A DNA stretch of 32,000 bases. Source: Candidatus Omnitrophota bacterium (GTDB lineage Bacteria; Omnitrophota; Gorgyraeia; Duberdicusellales; 4484-171). The notes under the pieces are model-generated. The model searched no databases, was not told where the DNA came from, and saw only the letters and a list, made by a program, of their open reading frames with translations. Within the stretch, counting starts at the first letter, position 1, and the number at the start of each line of letters is the position of its first letter. The position numbers and the translations under genes are program-made. Positions 25,844 through 32,000 of this stretch are shown here, in pieces. Location of the stretch: the NCBI GenBank assembly GCA_021735045.1, contig JAIPHU010000007.1, forward strand, positions 1-32,000, given 5' to 3'.

Positions 25844-26695
25844 TTATCTTATTTGGGAAACATCTTTTTGGGTAATGCGAAAAACAGAATTAAGTGCGCT
25901 TTTTAACCTATCTGCCGCTGAAAGATAATCATTATTTTCTATGTATTCTAGTGCATCTTTAGTATCTACAAGAGCACTCTGCCTTAAATGGAAACTTTTA
26001 GATTTTTCCATTATTTTTTTTGCTTTCTCTTTAAGCTCTGGAGCTTTAGGAGCTAAAGAGATAACTTTGCTTAGCTCTTCTATTGCATCTTCATAACTAC
26101 CTTCTTCAAAAGCCCGTTTACCTAACTTAAAATGCAGCTTAGCCTCTTCAATTGCCTCTAACCTTTCTTGTTCTCTTTGGTAAGATATATCCTTAGACAA
26201 ATTAGCAGCCTTTTTTTCTATCATCTCTTCTCTAACTTCTGGATAAGTACCTAATTTAAGCAGATGCTGTCTAGCTACCTCTTGCCAATACTCACCTTTT
26301 TTACCATTGATATACCTTTCTTTCCAGTGATAAGTAGCTTTTTCAATATTATTCTGTTTTTCATAAAGCAAGGCAAGATTAGCATGAGCCGGTAAAAATT
26401 TAGAATTTATTTCTAAGGCTTTCTGATAGTATCTTTTTGCTTTATTCAACCGTCCTCTCATCTCATAAGCTACCCCTAAATCATTATAAGCTTGAACATA
26501 TTCAGGATCTAGCTTAATAGCCTTTTGATAAAAAGGCAAAGCCCCTCCTACATCCCCTCTCGACTGCAACCTATAACCTTTTTCTCTGTAGTCCCGGGCT
26601 TGTTGCTTAACTAAATCTTCAGCTTGGGAAAATGATAAAGGTAAGAAAATGAAAAGAATAGCAAGAACAACTCTCATTCTTTTTAACTTTAACAT
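25844..26695 (-). CDS. secreted tetratricopeptide-repeat protein
   Basis: 283 aa with a signal peptide MLKLKRMRVVLAILFIFLPLSFSQA. Several TPR-like units are present (AYNDLGVAYEMRGRLNKAKRYYQKALEINS, etc.). Confidence 0.7.
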   Translation of the reverse strand: MLKLKRMRVVLAILFIFLPLSFSQAEDLVKQQARDYREKGYRLQSRGDVGGALPFYQKAIKLDPEYVQAYNDLGVAYEMRGRLNKAKRYYQKALEINSKFLPAHANLALLYEKQNNIEKATYHWKERYINGKKGEYWQEVARQHLLKLGTYPEVREEMIEKKAANLSKDISYQREQERLEAIEEAKLHFKLGKRAFEEGSYEDAIEELSKVISLAPKAPELKEKAKKIMEKSKSFHLRQSALVDTKDALEYIENNDYLSAADRLKSALNSVFRITQKDVSQIR

Positions 26696-26731
26696 ATGCT
26701 TTTTATTCTGTCAAGATTGTAATTAGACAAA

Positions 26732-27016
26732 TTATTTTGCTTTCTCATCTATCTGCTGGCCTGCCTCAATTAAAGACTTATCTTGTTTTTGCGCCTTCTG
26801 TTTGTAAAGATAGGCTAAAGAGATAGATGTTAAAAAAAATATAACCGTAAAAATCACGGTAAGTTTAACCAGCATTGAGCTCGTTTTTGTTCCAAAGATA
26901 GACTCTACACCACCTAGAGCTTCGACTAAACCACCGCTTCGTCCCCGCTGGACTAAAATCATTCCGATTAACGAAATAGCAACAATAATATGAAGGATTA
27001 AAACTAATTTATACAT
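26732..27016 (-). CDS. secG: preprotein translocase subunit SecG
   Basis: 94 aa with two TM segments and the typical LVQRGRSGGL loop. It is located after tpiA, as in many bacteria. Confidence 0.8.
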   Translation of the reverse strand: MYKLVLILHIIVAISLIGMILVQRGRSGGLVEALGGVESIFGTKTSSMLVKLTVIFTVIFFLTSISLAYLYKQKAQKQDKSLIEAGQQIDEKAK

Positions 27017-27069
27017 AAATTTCTTTCTTTTATCAGCTTATCACAAATCAACTTTTTCTCAAGCTGTAT

Positions 27070-27831
27070 TTACCCTAAAGAAGAGTTTTTAATTATTTCT
27101 GTAAAATCTAAAGGTTTAAGTGAAGCTCCGCCGACTAAAGCACCATCAATATTTTCTTTAGCTATCAACTCTTTTATATTGGTAGGTTTAACACTTCCGC
27201 CATAAAGCACTCTTAATTTTTCAGCTGCTTGATCTGAAAAATTTTTCTTAAACCATTCTCTAATAAAGCTATGCATTTGATCTGCCTGCTCTCCGGTTGC
27301 AGTTTTTCCAGTTCCAATTGCCCAAACCGGCTCATAAGCAACGGTAACCTTTTCTAAATCAGCCTGGCTCAAAGAATCAAAACCTTCTCTTAACTGCTTT
27401 TCTACAACCTCTTTTTCTTTTTGCTGCTCTCTTTGCTCTAGGCTTTCTCCAACACAAACAATCGGCAAAAGATCTGCCGAAATTGCAGCTTTTATTTTTT
27501 TGTTAACTTGCTGATTAGTTTCAGAAAAATATTTTCTTCTTTCTGAATGGCCAATAATTACAAATTTAACTCCTATGTCTTTCAGCATTGCCGCAGAAAC
27601 TTCCCCGGTAAAAGCACCATTGGCCTCCCAATGCATATTTTGAGCCCCCAGCTCAATAACTGAATCTTTAATTGCTTCCTGAGCTGCCAGCAAAGAAGTA
27701 TAAGGAGGGCAAATCAATATATCTGCATCTTTAAAACTCCCTACATTTTCTTTTAATTTAGATACCAAATCAGCTGCCTCAGTAGCAATTTTGTTCATCT
27801 TCCAATTACCAGCAATAAATGGTTTTCGCAT
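27070..27831 (-). CDS. tpiA: triosephosphate isomerase
   Basis: 253 aa with AGNWKMN, IIGHSERR and AYEPVWAIGTG. Confidence 0.95.
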   Translation of the reverse strand: MRKPFIAGNWKMNKIATEAADLVSKLKENVGSFKDADILICPPYTSLLAAQEAIKDSVIELGAQNMHWEANGAFTGEVSAAMLKDIGVKFVIIGHSERRKYFSETNQQVNKKIKAAISADLLPIVCVGESLEQREQQKEKEVVEKQLREGFDSLSQADLEKVTVAYEPVWAIGTGKTATGEQADQMHSFIREWFKKNFSDQAAEKLRVLYGGSVKPTNIKELIAKENIDGALVGGASLKPLDFTEIIKNSSLG

Positions 27832-27884
27832 AATTACCCCCGTTAAAAATGAATATATTTAGGTGTTATTCCTCTATTTTTAAT

Positions 27885-27915
27885 GGCATCGAGCCGACTT
27901 CCTCGGCGAGATGCC
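27885..27915. repeat. 31-nt GC-rich hairpin, family D copy 2
   Basis: GGCATC GA GCCGA CTTCC TCGGC GA GATGCC has the same architecture as 8116-8146, with compensatory changes. It lies 22 nt after the pgk stop. Confidence 0.75.
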
Positions 27916-27937
27916 TTAACTATCTAAATAAGATTTC

Positions 27938-29122
27938 TCATTTCATTGAAAGAGCTGAAATTCCCGGCAAATCCTTCCCTTCAAGAAATTGCAGAGAAGC
28001 TCCTCCACCAGTTGAGATATGAGACATCTGATCGGATAGTTTAAATTTTTTTACAGCGGCAGCAGTATCTCCACCACCAATAACCGAAATAGCTTCTGAT
28101 TCAGCTATCGCTTCAGCTATCGCTTTGGTCCCTTGAGCAAACTTATCCTTTTCAAAAATACCCATAGGGCCGTTCCAAACTATAGTTTTAGCATCTTTAA
28201 TTTTTTGACTGAATTCTTTTTGAGTTTTAGGGCCAATATCTACGCCAATCCAACCTGATTTAATATCGGCAGATTCGGTAGTTTCTACATTTTCTCCCTG
28301 CTTAATATCATCTGTTATTAGATGATCTATAGGTAATAATAGTTCTACTTTCTTTTCTTCTGCTTTGGCTAATATTTTTTTAACTACCTCAAACATATCT
28401 TCTTCTAGAAGCGAAGAACCAATATCTACTCCTTTTACTTTTAAAAATGTATAAGCCATAGCTCCGCCGATAACTATCGAATCAGCTTTATCCATCATAT
28501 TTTCAATAACCGGTATCTTATCAGATACCTTGGCTCCGCCTAAAATAAAAACAAATGGTTTCTGAGGCTCAGTTAAAACTTTTTGAAAATATTGAATTTC
28601 TTTATCAATTAAAAAACCTGCTGCAGAATCTAGAAAATGAGTTACTCCTTCTGTAGACGCATGAGCTCTGTGGGCTGTACCAAAAGCATCATTTACATAT
28701 AAATCAGCTAAAGAAGCTAACTGCTTTGCAAAGTCTTGATCATTTGCTTTTTCTTGAGAATAAAATCTTAAATTTTCTAAAAGAATAACTTCACCATCTT
28801 TTAATTTATCAATCTCTTCCTCTACATTTTTGCCAATACAGTCGTCAGCCATTTTAACCGGCTGATCAATCAACTGACTCAAGCGCTTTGCTACTGGCTT
28901 TAAGCTAAACTCCTCTTTTTTCTGGCCTTTAGGCCTCCCTAGGTGGCTAACTAAAATTAACTTTGCCCCAGACTCCCGAATATAGTTTATAGTATCTAAG
29001 GCTGCCTTGATCCTTGAGTCATCGGTAATATTTCTATCTGAATCTAGAGGAACGTTAAAATCAGCCCTGATCAATACTTTTTTACCAGCTAAATCTAGAT
29101 CTTTTACAGATTTTTTTGCCAT
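27938..29122 (-). CDS. pgk: phosphoglycerate kinase
   Basis: 394 aa with VLIRADFNVP, SHLGRPKG and GGGDTAAA. Confidence 0.95.
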   Translation of the reverse strand: MAKKSVKDLDLAGKKVLIRADFNVPLDSDRNITDDSRIKAALDTINYIRESGAKLILVSHLGRPKGQKKEEFSLKPVAKRLSQLIDQPVKMADDCIGKNVEEEIDKLKDGEVILLENLRFYSQEKANDQDFAKQLASLADLYVNDAFGTAHRAHASTEGVTHFLDSAAGFLIDKEIQYFQKVLTEPQKPFVFILGGAKVSDKIPVIENMMDKADSIVIGGAMAYTFLKVKGVDIGSSLLEEDMFEVVKKILAKAEEKKVELLLPIDHLITDDIKQGENVETTESADIKSGWIGVDIGPKTQKEFSQKIKDAKTIVWNGPMGIFEKDKFAQGTKAIAEAIAESEAISVIGGGDTAAAVKKFKLSDQMSHISTGGGASLQFLEGKDLPGISALSMK

Positions 29123-29156
29123 ACTTCTCCTCTTACTGATTAAATGGTTAATTAGT

Positions 29157-29244
29157 CATCATCACCGAATATACGAATTTTTTACGAATATACGAATAAA
29201 TATCTATGCCGATTCGTAAATTCGTATAGATTAGTAAATTCGAT
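29157..29244. repeat. family B word-palindrome, copy B3 (gap|pgk spacer)
   Basis: The sequence is CATCATCACCGAATATACGAATTTTTTACGAATATACGAATA ... GATTCGTAAATTCGTATAGATTAGTAAATTCGAT. The core 29184-29197 pairs with 29212-29225, with the same A.A mismatch as B1. Confidence 0.75.
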
Positions 29245-29258
29245 AATTATCTTTATCC

Positions 29259-30287
<1,029 letters not shown>

Positions 30288-30373
30288 TCACCTACCGGCA
30301 ACATTAACCGTTTATAAATTTTTATTTTTAAAACTTTCAGGCTTGAAACTTATCTAAAGCGTAATTTCATGCA

Positions 30374-30400
30374 ATTATAACACAAATCTCAAAATGTCAA
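30374..30400 (-). promoter_or_regulatory. candidate sigma70-type promoter for gap-pgk-tpiA-secG
   Basis: The minus strand has TTGACA (30400-30395), a 15-nt spacer, and TGT-TATAAT (extended -10, hexamer 30379-30374). It sits about 110 nt upstream of the gap ATG. The spacer is shorter than optimal. Confidence 0.5.
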
Positions 30401-30433
30401 AATAAAATATTTATCTTTTTTGCAAGATAAATC

Positions 30434-30457
30434 AACAAAAGGGAACGTTTCCCTCTG
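30434..30457 (-). terminator. possible intrinsic terminator after the GalT-family genes
   Basis: The minus strand reads AGAGGGAA ACG TTCCCTTT followed by TGTTGATTT. The stem is short (5 GC/AU core pairs, extendable to 8) and the U-tract is partly within it. Confidence 0.35.
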
Positions 30458-30596
30458 TTATAAGCTACTGCAAATAAAGGAGTTATAAAGCAGCGTTTTC
30501 CGAAAATAAACGTAAAATGCCAGTTTATAACCCCTTGGCCGGCAAAGGGTTGTAAACGAGGGAAACGTCCCCTTGGTTTCTGAAGTTTAGGTTCAC

Positions 30597-31592
30597 TCAT
30601 GTTGTGTTTAGGCGGCGAGCTGCATCCTCCGGCAAAAGCGGATTAATATAACCACCAGTTGCCCATTCAAATCCAGCAATCTCTCCTAATTTAGGTAAAA
30701 ATTCAATATGCCAATGGTAAAAATCATAATTTTTCCCATCGCTGTTAATTGGAGTTGTATGAATTAAAAAATTGTAAGGGTAATCGCCTAAAACATTTCC
30801 TAACTTAATAAATAACTCTTTTAAAATAGACGATAAACTATCTATTTGCCGATCAGTTATTTTCCTAAAATCTGATTGATGCAAAGTAGGCAGTATAGTG
30901 AGCTCAAAAGGTGAACGAGAAAAAAAAGGACAAAATGCGATAAAATCTTCATTTTCTAATACTAGCCTATCTTTTTGTTTCTTTTCTTCTTCTATTATTT
31001 TACAAAACATACACTCATTATTTTTAGCAAAATACTCTTTGGTGCAATCTAGTTCTTCTGTCACTCTTTTAGGAACTATAGGTAGGCAAATTAACTGAGT
31101 ATGAGGATGCTCCAGGGAAGCCCCTGCAGCCAAACCATGATTTTTAAATATTAATATGTATTTAAAACGCTTATCTTTTGTTAGGAAACTAAATCTTCGC
31201 CGGTATACCTTAATTACTCTTGTAATCTCTTCCTGCGATAACCCGCGCATCGTCTTATAATGATCGGGAGTTTCAATAATTACTTCATGGAAACCTACCC
31301 CTTCTCTTTTTTGAAAAATTCCTTCTTTTTCTTCCTTTTTTTCTAAATTATCTTCTAGAGCAGGAAATTTATTCGGCACAGTTCTAGTTAACCAGCCGGG
31401 GCTATTGGGCTCACCGCCTTGGGGCCGATCTGCATCTGTCTCCGGCGGAGTCATTGCTTCATTGCCCAGACAAAAAGGACAATTTTCCAATTTAGTCTGA
31501 GCTTGAACATTGTTAATTTTATCAAAAGAGAAATCTTCTTCTGTTAAAATAACCCAGCGTTTGGTAATCGGATTTAGGCGTAGTTTTTTCAT
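30597..31592 (-). CDS. galT: GalT-family (HIT superfamily) hexose-1-phosphate nucleotidyltransferase
   Basis: 331 aa with the Zn-site CPFCLGNE, HEVIIETPDH, and the catalytic His-Pro-His (LEHPHTQL). The exact substrate is not deducible from sequence alone. Confidence 0.8.
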   Translation of the reverse strand: MKKLRLNPITKRWVILTEEDFSFDKINNVQAQTKLENCPFCLGNEAMTPPETDADRPQGGEPNSPGWLTRTVPNKFPALEDNLEKKEEKEGIFQKREGVGFHEVIIETPDHYKTMRGLSQEEITRVIKVYRRRFSFLTKDKRFKYILIFKNHGLAAGASLEHPHTQLICLPIVPKRVTEELDCTKEYFAKNNECMFCKIIEEEKKQKDRLVLENEDFIAFCPFFSRSPFELTILPTLHQSDFRKITDRQIDSLSSILKELFIKLGNVLGDYPYNFLIHTTPINSDGKNYDFYHWHIEFLPKLGEIAGFEWATGGYINPLLPEDAARRLNTT

Positions 31593-31596
31593 TTTT

Positions 31597-32000
31597 TTAT
31601 CGTCTAGATTGGCTTGATTCTTCTATCCTGCTTTCCCGTAAACTTTCAGCTGCAGCCTCCGGCGGAGTAGGATTTATATAAAATCCGGTTCCCCATTCAA
31701 ACCCGGCAACTCTGGTTAATAAAGGAATAAGTTCAATATACCAGTGATAACCTCGCGAAACATCATTATTACTACAGTCGTCTAAGGGGCCGGTATGTAT
31801 TACATAAGTATACGAAAAATCACCCAATAAATTTTTCATCTTCAACAAAACCTCTTTAAAAGCTAAAGATAAATTCTTTAACTGCTTCTGATTACTTTGG
31901 GTATAGTCATAAGAATGATCTTTTGGTAAAATCCAAGTCTCCAGAGGAAACCGGGAAGCAAAAGGACAAAAAGCTATAAAACTCTCATTTTCTAAAATAA
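31597..32000 (-). CDS. second GalT-family paralogue, 5' end outside window
   Basis: The frame stays open upstream of the ORF-track TTG to the window edge (...ILENESFIAFCPFASRFPLETWILPKDHSYDY...). The C-terminal half aligns by eye with the downstream gene (IAFCPF, HWHIE/HWYIE, AGFEW.TG.YINP). The stop lies 4 nt before the next start. Confidence 0.72.
   Translation of the reverse strand, partial: ILENESFIAFCPFASRFPLETWILPKDHSYDYTQSNQKQLKNLSLAFKEVLLKMKNLLGDFSYTYVIHTGPLDDCSNNDVSRGYHWYIELIPLLTRVAGFEWGTGFYINPTPPEAAAESLRESRIEESSQSRR

Noticed and set aside
30397-30600. A 67-aa ORF (MSEPKLQKPRGRFPRLQPF...) whose ATG overlaps the galT stop as ATGA.
   Set aside because: It spans two palindromes, a GC-rich hairpin, the probable galT terminator and the -35 of the gap promoter. 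Its composition (Arg/Phe-rich, no recognisable fold) looks like translated structured DNA. I kept it as an alternative hypothesis under the 30438-30580 finding.
31597-31848. The ORF-track call of an 83-aa stand-alone protein.
   Set aside because: The frame remains open upstream to the window edge and aligns with the middle of the neighbouring GalT-family protein. It is the 3' part of a larger gene, not an independent small ORF.

Overview
This is an AT-rich chromosomal segment, roughly one-third G+C by eye, from a bacterium that looks diderm because an LptD homologue is present. I can support 32 protein-coding genes plus one tRNA, all on the minus strand, and most overlap or lie less than about 110 nt apart.

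The content is core housekeeping:
- a nucleotide-sugar trio (hexosamine dehydrogenase, SDR epimerase, DegT aminotransferase) beside lptD
- tal and a ROK sugar kinase
- tRNA-Pro(CGG) and ribE
- a stand-alone 58-aa Lys/Thr/Ala-repeat (histone-H1-like) gene, then rsfS and an M16 peptidase
- trpG-D-C-F-B-A with no trpE
- murA, then rho-rpmE-prfA-prmC
- coaE, glgA, polA and a secreted TPR protein
- gap-pgk-tpiA-secG
- two tandem GalT-family paralogues

I see no transposase, integrase, CRISPR array, restriction, toxin-antitoxin or other recognisable accessory or defence module. I therefore do not claim a novel multi-gene system.

The unusual part is the non-coding layer. Many spacers carry imperfect fold-back elements whose arms are tandem 7-8 nt words. 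Family A uses GTTCTAC, family B uses ACGAATAT, and family E uses ACAAATT/ATATACA. In the copies I paired by hand, the mismatches recur once per heptad.

One element of the same architecture (GCGCATG words, 96 nt = 32 codons) sits in frame inside the DegT gene. A GC-rich 9-nt repeat tract sits in frame in the ROK kinase gene. A separate 31-nt GC-rich hairpin occurs twice, about 20 nt after stop codons, with compensatory base changes.

Other oddities are a 23-nt duplication of the rpmE translation-initiation region heading a 24-codon sORF, and a structured tract between galT and gap.

All functional calls come from motif recognition by eye. No database search was possible.
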